A DNA stretch of 61,178 nucleotides, the filler included, from Sphacelaria rigidula (lineage: Eukaryota): the NCBI GenBank assembly GCA_964200075.2. It is 2 parts of 2 records of this genome, joined end to end, with 100 filler letters (N's around TTAATTAATTAA, not from the genome) between each part and the next. Parts side by side here need not be neighbours in the genome. Positions count along the whole stretch, not along the records: positions 30,713 to 61,178 come from CAXNAA020000060.1; 1 more part is not named here. One strand, given 5' to 3'. The notes below the pieces were generated by a model. It was given only the letters and a program-made list of their open reading frames with translations. It did no database searches and was not told the origin of the DNA. Every line of letters begins with the position of its first letter. The first letter of the stretch is position 1. This document shows positions 49,201 to 59,900 of the stretch, one piece after another. Position numbers and translations under genes: made by a program.

Positions 49201-52200
49201 TAGACTTACAATTTTCACGGTGTAGACCCTCGTGTTCCGTCCGATCTCATCCCCACACTCTCTCGGCATCTGCCGATGACTGTGTCTCCTCAACCATCCC
49301 CATGAGGGTGCCGCGCACTTGTGCCCCGAAAGTAAGTGCCCCCGGAAGGACCCTCTTCGAATTAGCAAGTGTCAGGGAGAGCCAAGGGGTAGGAGCCAAA
49401 TTTATCGAGTGATGCCACCGATGCAGCGAACGGTTCTGCCACGTGAAGGGGTACCTTTTCACATGGTGCGCTGTCAGCGGCTCGCGTCGATGAGAACGCC
49501 CCGACCCGCGTGAGAGGATCCCGACAAGCTGATCAACATTTTGCGAATTCCGTTGGTCTGTACAAGGTCTTCACGAGATTCGCGCCCAAGCACAAACTAC
49601 GTCTCTCGCCCCTCCGTGTTAGAAAGTAATTGTAACGTTACCGTAAACCGTGGACAGGTGTCGACATTTAGCAAGCCGCGCTTGGTCTGACCCCACGAAA
49701 TCGAAAGTAAGTGGTTGTTCTACCGTAGCACCCACGTAAAACTCGACCTGTGCTCTACACTGAACTCGAGCAGGTTCTGCAAGCTACGCTAAACTCACGT
49801 AGTTAGTACAAGCCGCGCTGAACTCGAGCACTTAGTATACGCGATACTAAATTCAAGCGGTTTGTACGACATCTGCCCCCACTATCATCCTCCTCTCCAA
49901 CCCCATTTGTTTTCGATTCTAGAAACGGTTGGGGGTGATCCTGATATTCAAAACAACCTGACCCACCGCTGTGAGGATAGTATATACGTCTTGATGTGCG
50001 GCAGTGAAAATATACTCATCGCTTCGTGCACGGATTTTCAAGTTTGCCTACCCAGCCCCGTGCTTTTTGCAAGCGATTTGGCGCGTAAACACACCTACCG
50101 AACTTCGGTGCAATCGACTCAAACATGACATGATTCCATACCTGTTCCGTAACGGCCGCGAGTCTTATTGCCCCCGCATCAACCGGTAGGGTACGGCTGC
50201 AGACATCATCAAGTCAGCTATGGTACTATTGGCGGTACGGCTGGATCAATGGCGAAGAAGTCTCCAGCCTGGGGGGGACAGCCCGAGGATGATCATGCAG
50301 GTGACTTTTCCTTGAGTTCTAAACATGTTTTCCCAATGGTTTGTTTACGTTGTTCTTCCTCTTTTCGTGTTAAGAATATCACAAATATTTTGGTAGAATG
50401 CATTGTAGGATGAGAGCACACAAGTCTACCGGAAAGCCGACGACCGTTGGACTTTCTCTCGTTTCCCACCATGGAAGTGCACCACAGCACGAGGAACGTG
50501 TACTGGGAATCAAGCGCACTCATGAGGGCGTATTCCTTCACGATTCGGCTAGCAGAAGATTGACGATACTCAATTTCGCGCCCGACGTGAAGTAAACTCT
50601 TACTGTACGGGCGCACGGTTCTGTGGTATTTCGGTCTTCCATACGTTTCTATCTTGCGTTGTTTGTCGGTTTTCAGTGTCTTCTGCTCCATCTCCCTCTC
50701 GAACATCTCCCTTTTCTCGAGTTTACTTAGCCCAGTGTTCCCATCTTGTTCAACTTGGGTACATCCATCCTGTGACCATGGCTGTGTTAAGATCCTTGTC
50801 TCGACACAAACGCCGACAAAGACGCCCATCAAGGCACGCGGGCATTTCCGAGTACTTTCCGAAAAGATGAATCACCCACCAAGTAACTGCGGAGGATCTC
50901 GCGCCTTTTCACAATAATTCTGCATCTGAAGCTCTCAAACATCAATGGTCACAGCAGCCGGCTGAGATCTGTTGAGTTGTCCCGACTCTCCGCTTTTGCA
51001 CCTCATGGCAAGTACCTCATAGGAAGTAGGCCTGCGACCAGATTGGCGCTTGATGCCTTTCAGTGGCCACCGTTGGCAGCCACGAGCCCCCTGCAGGAGC
51101 CGCCGGAGCCCCCCCCCCCCCCCCCCCCCCCCCCCCCGCCCCGCGCCGCCCGGCCACACGCACNNNNNNNNNNGGCCGGGCACGCATTTGCGCCGTAAGG
51201 GCTTTCGGGGGCCCGCGGGGGCGAGCCGAGCCCCCCGCGGGGGCCCCGGGGGCCCCCCCCCCCCCCCCCACTGGAAACCCCCCCGGAGGGCGGAAAGTTC
51301 AGTGTGCCGTTTTGTACATATTACGATGTGGTGCTCAGTACAGAGCAGCACAGTGCACTACAGTGCGGTACAGTATTCGAAAGTTAAAGAACAGCCGAAA
51401 ACAGAGGGCATACTGCGTCTTCGTTCATGTTTGAATTCGGATATCTTTCGCGGTCAGGGCCGCTGTGAAGTGGTTGATAGTAGACATGTTTGACAATACC
51501 TTTGCAGCGACAGGCAGCAGCCGAGCAACCGCGCCCTATCAGCGGCCTCATGTCTGAAAGCATTCGGCGGCTGCTGAAACTGAGGATTGCGGCAAACCGC
51601 CGATACCCGATCTGCTTCGAGTGCTGCGCCGCAGCGCCGCATTTCTAAACATCCCTGTTGTAGCTTCATATCTTCTCCAGAAATGTGCAAGTTGAGATGT
51701 GCCGTTTTCACGGATACAGTAGTAGATATAGCCACGCTACACAGGCGCGGTAACAATAATGGCCGCTTCAACACATTGTTGGCGATTTCAGGTGATACAA
51801 CATTCGGGCTCACCCGGGGGTGTTGTATAGGACGTGATTGACGACGTATATACCGACACCACTCTTGACAAATCGAACAATTACCACTTAGCGGTGTCAT
51901 TAAAGGGGTGGTATATATTGCAAGAGTATTCAACGGTGTATCTTCGATAGTTGAGATACTCTCCACGAATTCTGTGGATGTCGTCATCAAGGTTCGACCC
52001 GTGCGAATGGCTCTTCCGTTTCATTGTTTGTATTTCGTGTTTCGTTATCGTCACAGATTCACGATGAGCTGGTATTCGAGTGCCCCGCACGGGAGGAAGA
52101 CCTGGGGAAGCTTAAGGTGCTACGCATACGACGAGTTGCGTTGTTTTGATAACAGACCACTACGTGAATCTCTCCACTCAATTCCGAGCTACATTGGCAG

Positions 52201-55200
52201 ACACGAAAATGAGTTCGGAGTGATCAGATACATCGCTATGTAGACGTGAGAATAATGCTTCAAGTCGGGAAGGAGCCGCGATGGCGACCAAGTCGCCCGC
52301 GACCACAGTCCGCATGCCCCTGGCGGTTGCTGGGGTTAACATGGCATGGCCTCTTTTAAAGAGAGAGCGCACATTATTGCATGTTACCCTAGGTAGATCT
52401 ACTTCGTGAGAGCTAAGCAGTGCCTTATGATTGCTCATACGCCCACGTCCAAGCATGGAACCTAGCGCAATAAAAACATCGCGTGGTCAGCCATTTGTTT
52501 TCATCTCAGATGTTTCAGTTTGCCTATGTTTAACCACTCTTACTGGCGGGTAGGGCTGTTTCTGTCTCTACATCTCCTGTGTGACAGTTTTGTCACCCCA
52601 GTCATTTGATATAGGATGCATTCCGCCGTTCTACAGGTATACTTTCGTGAGAAAGCTTTGGGGTAGGAACCTCAGAACTCATACACCAGCGAAGAGTAAC
52701 GTGTCAATGATGTATGTGAACCCACCATATGGTTTCGTGCGTGCAGGTAACGCACGATTTCATTCCTATGGACCTTTTGGTGCAAATATTTCGAAACCAG
52801 AACAGTAGGGCGCAGCAATAAAACGACGCACTTTAACGGTACAAGATGTTCGGATGCTTGTACAGCACGGTAGAGCATACTGTTTGCTGCATGTTTTTGG
52901 AACTTGACCGTGACTTTACCAACAACCTGAGCCTGGAACACTTTCACCCGAACCACGGAAACTTGGGGCCGGTCGCTTACCCGTAGGTAAGTCTGTATTC
53001 TCAAAATGGAGGTAGGAGGTTGCGGCTGCCCCCAATTGCGATACTTTCTGGCATTCACAATTTTTTCACTGTTATTGGTGCGCCTGACCCCCCAAAATGG
53101 GCAAAAAAGTGTCACCGACCAATATCACGAACGGACACGAACAACACAAACAGACCGACCTCGGGGGCTTATCCAGGCTCATGGGGTAAAATGTGCCTTA
53201 CGTCATCGGAAGAGAACGGCATGAATCCAAAGTTCATATCGAGAAAAAGTGGACTGCATTCTAAAATCAAAACCCTACCGTTATTGTCATTTCCGTTGTT
53301 GTTCCTCGTATATTACATGCCACTGCGTCGCTTTTCATCCGCGCTTGCGATACCCTGGCATGCAAGGAGGCTAGTTGGGTTGACCCAACCCAAGGCACAC
53401 CGAGAATACTCGGGCAAGGGTGGTACTTACATTCCCTGAACAAAGTGAGGCCTTTCAACGAAAACGCGTTCTGCGCACCCGATGAGCAGACGGGATTGTC
53501 AGCTATACTAAAATTCCATTTATCGTTGTACACACCCAAATCAAGTAATATCAACCGTGAATATTTGTAGCCCAACGCCGGTAAATGAAACCAGGAAGCT
53601 GAACCATTTTTGGGAGGGGATGCGGATCGAAATTGGGCCAACAAGATGTGCTCAACATGCGACAGAGCCATGTCTACTGATGAACTTCAACGAGGGCGGC
53701 CCTTACACAGACGAGTGGGGTACAAATAGTCACCGGGTGTGTGATGTGAGCTGGGCGGTTGTTCCACCACCTCGTCATGTTTTGAGGAGTTTGAGTCATC
53801 GGCTGCCATCATTCCACGGCTTTTGTCGGATGAATGACTCGCCTTGTGCGAATGTATTTTTGTTCCTTGGCATGACTTTTCATTTAATGAATATGATGTC
53901 AATTAACCCTTTGACCGCGAGGGTTGGTCACCTGCTGGATCGGCATCAATTTTCACTTGAAAAAAGTATGCATGGTCCAGAAGAACTGCCCTCGCGGTTG
54001 TAGAGGTTAATCGGACTCCAAAGATATTGTGTTGCAAGAGGGAATGAAAACAAACGGTCGTCCGTCATCCACTAGTGCCGACACAACAGATGCGTATCTT
54101 AGGACGGGTAGGTTCACTGAAAGACATGGATGGGGCTTCGGTGCCATGAGGCTTCAGCGAAAGTAGGCCTACGACTTTATGCTGTCTTTTGTGTCGTCTT
54201 GCAGTGTACTTCACCATTCGGGAGAGTAAGTGGTCCATCTTGATCTTTGTGTGGAAACCAAAATCCAGATCTTTCATTGGGGCTGTGCTCTTAGCATGCT
54301 CCTAGCGCGCCCAGAACGCGTTTTTGTCTAAATCGGCGCCTGGGGTGCCGATTTGAGGTCTGGCAACGCACCCTTCGCTAGGGAACACGTTGCACCCCCC
54401 TTGCGCGAGAATTCTTGGTATGCATTCGTTCTGGTTAGAGGTAGGATTAGTGTTAAAATTTGTTCTCTTCGCTGCTGCGAGGTCGCGAAGATGATTCTTG
54501 ATTCTGGGGGTCCGGTCGAAGGTTCAAATTCTACACCTGTTGAACATTCCACAAATCCGCTGTATCAACTATCTGCATTATCAAGACTCATTCATGGGTG
54601 CCATCTATTCTGAGGCCGTTGGACAGGGGTGAGGTTTCCGCGTTTGTGAAAACCGGCGAGGGTTGGAGGCGCTTGTTTGCGATCATAGCCCAAACTGGTG
54701 GGCCGATTACTCGTCGCCGCGGCCATCGATTGGGATGCGACCTTTTGCATCATCTGCGCCTAGACAACAGCTACAACTTGACCGGATGAATTTTTTTATT
54801 TCATCAGGATGCGAGTTTATAACAAACGAAGTGAAAAAAAAAACATGTATTTTTCTCGATTTTCACGATCACCGTAACTTCTTTCGTAAAACCATCCATC
54901 AAATTGTAGCTTGGACAAACTCACGCCGGTGAGTAGCCGAGCCACGCCGTGGTTCGTACTCCGGAACGAGGAAACGTCGAAACCGTGAAATGGAAACCCC
55001 TCGAATCACAAGTACTTTGAGGGATTCCACGGCGTGCATAATCAGGGGATGAAGGACATCTCCGGTCTGTTCGTGCTTTTGGTCGGTCACATTTTTTTGG
55101 TTCATTTTAAGCGGTCAGGCGCGCCCATAACTGTGCGGTGTATCGTACATAAATACACCGTCGCGTAGGTGCGGGTCACTGAGAATACCTTGTCCCCATG

Positions 55201-55463
55201 CTCTTGTTACGTTTGTCGCTACTACGTTTTTATTCTTGTGATTTACTACACGGTCGATGTGCGAGAAACAGGGCCTACTGAAGAAGTGCATGGAGGAGGA
55301 AACCCCTGCCCGACTAGGTATCAAGTGTCCCCTTACGGTCAACATGCTCGTGGGCATGTCCTGGGGCAGCATGCGGCATGTGGTCGCCGTATCGTGCGAA
55401 TCGAGTAGCAGCGACGTGGATGATGAGGACAGTTTTGTCAGCGACAGTGAACGACTAACGTGA
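32205..55463 (+). CDS. Family A DNA polymerase (Pol I / Pol nu / Pol theta-like polymerase domain); spliced gene join(32205..32347,33190..33363,34173..34223,39490..39602,41116..41275,42106..42216,42486..42602,43546..43624,45337..45386,45925..45995,46700..46829,50190..50300,52057..52116,55272..55463); 5' end uncertain
   Basis: All introns are GT-AG and all phases are consistent. The joined protein contains VEMP..LAEME..G, FNLASPDQVADLLF, STSAEVLE..HPVV..ILEFR..KLKTTYVDKL, NQTSVRTGRLSCSRPNLQQIP, motif A (AADYSQIEMRVLA), motif B (RTRAKVVCLGIIYGMG), GYVCTLTGRRRHLP, AERQAVNSVVQGTAADIIK, motif C (QIHDELVFE) and PLTVNMLVGMSWG. Confidence 0.92.
32988..33035 (+). repeat. (CTG)16 microsatellite, intronic
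   Basis: Direct reading. Confidence 0.95.
33190..33363 (+). CDS. DNA polymerase A exon (thumb)
   Basis: aag|VEMPAIPVLAEMEVCGVVF...GKEFNLASPDQ|gtatat; 174 bp. Confidence 0.92.
34173..34223 (+). CDS. DNA polymerase A exon
   Basis: cag|VADLLFKTLQLPAPPVK|gttagt; 51 bp; completes FNLASPDQVADLLF. Confidence 0.88.
34407..36535. mobile_element. Non-autonomous foldback element with about 650-bp inverted arms and about 780-bp spacer, inside a polymerase intron
   Basis: About 34430-35078 is the reverse complement of about 35860-36510 (tagcgcacttttcggttc / gaaccgaaaagtgcgcta; aaagaagtgtggaaagcc / ggctttccacacttcttt). Outer boundaries are approximate. Confidence 0.85.
39490..39602 (+). CDS. DNA polymerase A exon
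   Basis: cag|AGSVRASTSAEVLEGLLGKHPVVAPILEFRGVNKLKT(T)|gtgtgt; phase-2 donor. Confidence 0.92.
41116..41275 (+). CDS. DNA polymerase A exon (TGRLS motif)
   Basis: aag|YVDKLAEK...RIHAAWNQTSVRTGRLSCSRPNLQQ|gtgtgt. Confidence 0.93.
42106..42216 (+). CDS. DNA polymerase A exon (motif A)
   Basis: cag|IPKGSDPLAGVAGVNIRDAFAASRNFTLMAADYSQIE|gtacat. Confidence 0.94.
42486..42602 (+). CDS. DNA polymerase A exon
   Basis: cag|MRVLADACQDPGLSKLFASLGSDGASSGGGDVYRGLAAE|gtaata. Confidence 0.92.
43182..43207 (+). repeat. (TA)n microsatellite; another at 5872-5890
   Basis: Direct reading. Confidence 0.9.
43546..43624 (+). CDS. DNA polymerase A exon (motif B, O-helix)
   Basis: cag|VFKKEAGTVSDAERTRAKVVCLGIIY(G)|gtgaga; phase-1 donor. 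Confidence 0.94.
45337..45386 (+). CDS. DNA polymerase A exon
   Basis: tag|(G)MGTPQVARKLGVTESQ|gtgtgt; completes YGMG. Confidence 0.9.
45925..45995 (+). CDS. DNA polymerase A exon
   Basis: tag|AHGLVRSFLKAFPKIEPFLAATR(R)|gtactg; matches 'A...I..YF..FP.V..'. Confidence 0.9.
46700..46829 (+). CDS. DNA polymerase A exon
   Basis: tag|YARDKGYVCTLTGRRRHLPEINNARSAVLKAQAERQAVNSVVQ|gtgaac. Confidence 0.94.
48058..48422 (+). mobile_element. tRNA-derived SINE, family 1, copy B, with target-site duplication
   Basis: A box TGGCTCAGTTGG, B box GGTTCGAATC, CA-rich tail; flanked by CACCTTGC at 48050-48057 and 48423-48430. Confidence 0.92.
50190..50300 (+). CDS. DNA polymerase A exon
   Basis: tag|GTAADIIKSAMVLLAVRLDQWRRSLQPGGDSPRMIMQ|gtgact. 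Confidence 0.93.
52057..52116 (+). CDS. DNA polymerase A exon (motif C)
   Basis: cag|IHDELVFECPAREEDLGKLK|gtgcta. Confidence 0.93.
53067..55135. mobile_element. About 2.07-kb non-autonomous DNA transposon with about 70-bp imperfect TIRs starting CAC(T/A)G
   Basis: Left end cactgttattggtgcgcctgaccccccaaaatgggcaaaaaagtgtcaccgaccaa versus reverse complement of the right end cacagttatgggcgcgcctgaccgcttaaaatgaaccaaaaaaatgtgaccgaccaa. No transposase ORF and no clear TSD. Confidence 0.75.
53907..54006. mobile_element. 100-bp piggyBac-type MITE nested in the CAC element
   Basis: ttaa|ccctttgaccgcgaggg ... ccctcgcggttgtagagg|ttaa; perfect TTAA on both sides. Confidence 0.85.
55272..55463 (+). CDS. 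DNA polymerase A terminal exon
   Basis: cag|GLLKKCMEEETPARLGIKCPLTVNMLVGMSWGSMR...ERLT*; matches the family A C-terminus 'ME...L.VPL.V....G.SWG'. Confidence 0.9.
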   Translation, partial: GLLKKCMEEETPARLGIKCPLTVNMLVGMSWGSMRHVVAVSCESSSSDVDDEDSFVSDSERLT

Positions 55464-55619
55464 AGTCCGTGTTCTCCTAACCTGCCTGGGCGGGTGCCGT
55501 CGATTTGCGTACGCAGTTACTTCACGCTTCCGAGAAACACCGAGTGTTTGAAATTGTTATCGCTGAGAAACCCTTACGACCATAAATGCACGTTTCCATG
55601 GTCATGTTCAGTAGCACAC

Positions 55620-55900
55620 TTCCTATTTTTCCCCTCTCGTCACATTTTGAACCATTTTCCTTCCTCGTGACGAGTCCACAGTCTCAAGGTATTAACCCAT
55701 CCATCCCCGGTACGCGCTTCGCATCTTTGTATCGCGAATTGGATGAGCACTTCTACACCGCGTCGACTCTCCTCAATGAAGCTTTTCCCTTGCTACTCAC
55801 GTTTTCCCGTTTCTGAGGACGGCAATGACACACGTCCCAGAAAAAACAGTCGCATCTGCCGGGAATCGAACCCGCAATCTTTCGGCCTCAATGGTGCAGG
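55620..55900 (-). mobile_element. Interspersed repeat family 2, probably a SINE; other copies at about 5895-5990, 16960-17030 (opposite orientation), 28085-28420, 44715-44990 and 46478-46565
   Basis: Shared core ttga.ccc..cc.ttcc(t/c)..ggacgagtcc..gtct.aa.g.atcaacc..tctccccgg. A B-box-like GGGTTCGATTCCC is present on the minus strand at about 55861-55873. Confidence 0.7.
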
Positions 55901-56636
55901 AGCCGAAAAAAACCCAAGCATGTTGTATTTTCTTTCTACGGCCTCCCCCCTCTCCATTCGTCTGTACAGTGCACGTTATCCCTCAAATACGTGCTAAATG
56001 CCTACTTATTGGACTTGTTGGAAACATCTGCATGATGCTGTGGGTTGGCTTGACTTTATTTGGTGGTCGTGGTTGGAGACGACCCCCAACCAAGACCATC
56101 CCCTGCGGCAACCTTGGATAAGAGCTACGAAAAACAACCACGACTTACATCTAAGCTTGTACAAATCAGTAACAACGGAAGGGACTCATGAGGAGCCTAC
56201 AGTACAATGGTGGTGGTGTGTGCAGTGTTTCAAATACTTGAGTTCACCGTAGGACCGGTTTTCGAGATAAAATATGTTCAGGACTTAGTATGGAATACAG
56301 TAGACTCATTTCTAAGATAATCTCAAGGTGGCTGGTTTCGTCATCAATTCCAATTTTCAAATTGGTTGTTGTCTCAGGCTATATTCCAGATTCGGCATTA
56401 GATTTCTGTGACAATAAACCCTCTCGGTTTTTTCGAAATACTTTTCAAAAAACGAGCAGGACTTTTCGAAAAACTGCTCAAACCATGCCCCCATTATCTG
56501 GAGTATAGGGTAGTACACTCAAGACAAGACAATTTTGCAGTGGTGTATGGAGTACAGAGTACTACACCCAACACAACACAACACAACACGACAGTTCTGC
56601 AGCATCACGAGAAATCCCGCGCCGTTCTAATCGCGT

Positions 56637-56936
56637 TCCGCACGAGAAGAAGCAACAACAGCAGTATCAGCATCTTTACTGCCAGCAGATGTACGCGGCT
56701 GGGGGTGGGTCTTAAATTAGCCGGTGCCGATTTGTGTGTGTGTCAGCGCTGTCCAGCACGGTGGCTATCACTCGCAACGTATGTGGGTGTTGTCGCACGG
56801 TCGAAACGCGGACCGTCTACGATCAAGGGCAGCAGCAGCAGCATCGCCGCCGGTTGATTCAGACCCATCCCTATCCACGTACATTTACTGGCTATAAAGA
56901 TGCTGCTGATATTGCTGTTTCTGCTTATCGTGCGGA
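56637..56936. repeat. 300-bp imperfect hairpin (about 90-bp arms) downstream of the polymerase stop codon
   Basis: tccgcacga..agcatcttta.tgccag..gatgtacg..gggg.tgggtct pairs with agacccatccc..cgtacatt..ctggc.taaagatgct..tcgtgcgga. Confidence 0.8.
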
Positions 56937-59900
56937 CGGTCCACGGCACTTGACAGCCCCCCGGATACACACAAGACCTAGAGGACCTAGTTTGATATTT
57001 TGCTGGCGTCGCGTCAGCGGCCCGGAAATCCCCCCCCCCCAGAGCAGAAAACACTATTTTTGTGCATTTGGGTTATTTTCGAATAAGCATCACGCTTAGA
57101 CGCGAAAACCAAGCTATGCAGCGTAGCTTGGGTGTGTGGAAAGCGCGCGCAAGAAACCGCAGTCCAATCCCCCGCTTCGGTGTCGAGTTGTAAGCGTTGC
57201 GCGATTGGCACTTTTGGGTTGAAGATCAGTAGCGTCTTTCGAGGTCGAAGATGGCAAATAAAAAAAAATCGGTGCGCATGGCGAGTATCCTTTGAAGTGT
57301 CGAACTACAGAGGGACAGTTGGCAGAAGAAAGACAGAGCTGGCGGCTGCTTCATGTCAGGGCTCCAGTTCAGAAGCCGAGGCGTCGAGAGCGATTTTAGC
57401 ACGACTATGTGCGTTACATCTGCTGGCGACCGCGGTCATGTATTTAGTAACTGTCTGTATATACTATTAATAGTATTGGATATAATAAGTATTCAAATGA
57501 GATGCAAACTATGCGATGTTTGACAACGGTTCCAGCGGAGAAGCCAAGACGCGAGGAGTGATTTAGATTTCAGACTGCGCACCATGTATTGTTACGGGTC
57601 GCGGCGTGGCGTGGTGGATAAGGACAGTACGATGATGGGCCGTCAGTTTCAAAACGACATTACGCCCGGAGGGCTGATTGTGGGAACTGGCTTGTACCGC
57701 AATCAGGAGCGAAGGGGGTAATCCGTCAAGAGACGGAATGCATAAACATGCCTTTACATCTGGTTGGGTCCGGTTCTCTCCAAGGATCGATTCAATCAGC
57801 GCCCCGGTGTTCACTACTTCGCTGAAGTACAAGGTTTAAACACCACCATCGAAAAAGAGAAATCGAATCGGCCTGAAGCTGCGACCGAGATATCCTGAAG
57901 TTCGTTGTGTATCGTTCTGCGTTGGACTTTCCCACGTGCTGTGAGCTTACTTTTGTTTCAAGGAACACGGTGAGACTGTTACGATGTTTGATTCAGACAA
58001 CGAGCAGATGCATGAGGGTCGACAAAATAGTAAAACGAACAATGTGTGCAAATAGATAGTGAAACGTGGAATTATATGGTAAAAGTAAATCGCATTTGCA
58101 TGAGCTAGCGAGTCGTCGTAACTTACATGATCGAAATGCTACTGTTGTTTGCTCTAGAGTTCGACTTGTACTGTAGCGATACACGTTGTCAACAACAACG
58201 ACTGGCCAATACTATTCTGTTTGTAAGATGGCGCTTCTACAACCGGGACTATTGTGTGGACTGATGTCATCCGTGACATGTTGATCACTCCTCTTGCGAT
58301 TTTCCGAAATGCGCTCCTTCAACAACGCATACACCACAGTGATTTTTCGGCCCCGATACATGAAGATTCGTTGTTCGCCTCAAACGAGAACCCCGCATGT
58401 GATGACGAATTTTTCTGTCTGAGAATGACGAATGAACGAACTGGTCCTCGGTCAATCGCTGGACTTTGAGCTTGCTGATGACTGATCATACAGCTGAAAT
58501 CCAGCTACCTAGACTGTTTTCATGTACTACGGTCTGTCTGATGCCGTTGAACTGGGGGTGTAAAGGCAGGTAATCTGTTGTGTGCATCTCGCATCATCTG
58601 AAATAGCGTTGCACAACGCTTGCACAGTGCACGAACCAGGCTGATACCCCATACACATTGCCATATAAATGCGGAGGGTTTTTAGATGTGATGATCTTCC
58701 TTACGCCTTGAAATAAATCTGCTTCCACGGAGTGGGTACAGGAACAAAATGTGAAAGTTGAACCTGCAAGGAGGTGTGACATGAGACAACTTGGTGCTTG
58801 CTCTATACACCACATCATGGTTGACGCCAAGATGAAATGATTCTCCACACCGCTTTGCTGTATTCTTGGATTCCATCACTGCTGTAAGCCCGAGTTCGCT
58901 GTGTAATGCAGCTGCTCAGTTTTACTGTAGGCTCTGATTTGGTCGTGTGATGAGACAACGCCATGCTTGCTATATACCCGTGACAGGTCAAATATTGTCG
59001 TGTAGACCTGATTGAGTAGAGTCACGGTGGATACTAGGATTGCGTGACTCTCCACACTGCTTTGCTAAATATTTCCATGAAACAGCTGCTGTATGTTTTC
59101 TGCTGTGCAATGCAGCTGAAAGGAGCGACGCTATGCTACCTCACACATCAAGCTTGCTGTTTACTGTATTCGTCACACGTGAGTTTACACTGCAACTCAA
59201 AATGAAGTAAAACCACTGTGCCCGTTTCACACGCCCTGCTTACCGACGCCAGCTGGGGTTCAAGTTTGAAGTTGTTCAACCCAAGCCTACGCAATGATAC
59301 CCCTGCAGCCCCGTCGTAAAACAACCGTTGCGATTGGTAGTGATGATGCTATAAAGGATGGCTGTTGTAAGCGACATACATTATTGCCTGGATGCTACGT
59401 TTATCGCTCTCGAAAATCACAGACGCACGGGAGAGTGCTTTAGGTGTCCAAAGGTTGCCGGGGCGCGATCGTTTTCATGCATTCAGGTACTTTAGCTTCG
59501 AGTGACGTACTTTCACTGGAGGCGCGAATATCCGCGTGTTACAGTCACATGTAGAAACGGGATGGGGCATGCAAACTAGGTTGGATCTATATATCAGTTC
59601 AACCCCACTGCTTCAAGTTTAAGCTCTAGGTGTTGCCGCTGGACGGAGAAGCGTTGGACTCGTTCACATCTGACGCCGCTGTTGCCATATGCTTCGATTT
59701 TTGCATAGTGATGCTTGGTTCATGCAAACTCCACTTCGGTAAGACCCGCTAGATGAAAAATCGCTTGTGTCTCCGCAAATTGGGTTGCGATATCACCCTG
59801 GGGTTTTACGACATGCAACCGTCTTATTTAGTGTGACGATGCTGTTACAGGATGGCTGTACAAGATATCTGAACTGCTGCTTGCAACCGCCGTACCCATT

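Noticed and set aside
49620-49871. Possible LTR (minus strand TGT...GTTACA)
   Set aside because: No second copy and no recognisable primer-binding site.
32205-55463. Viral, phage or bacterial-contaminant origin of the polymerase
   Set aside because: It has 13 canonical spliceosomal introns filled with host repeats, so it is a resident nuclear gene. An ancient transfer cannot be excluded without a phylogeny.
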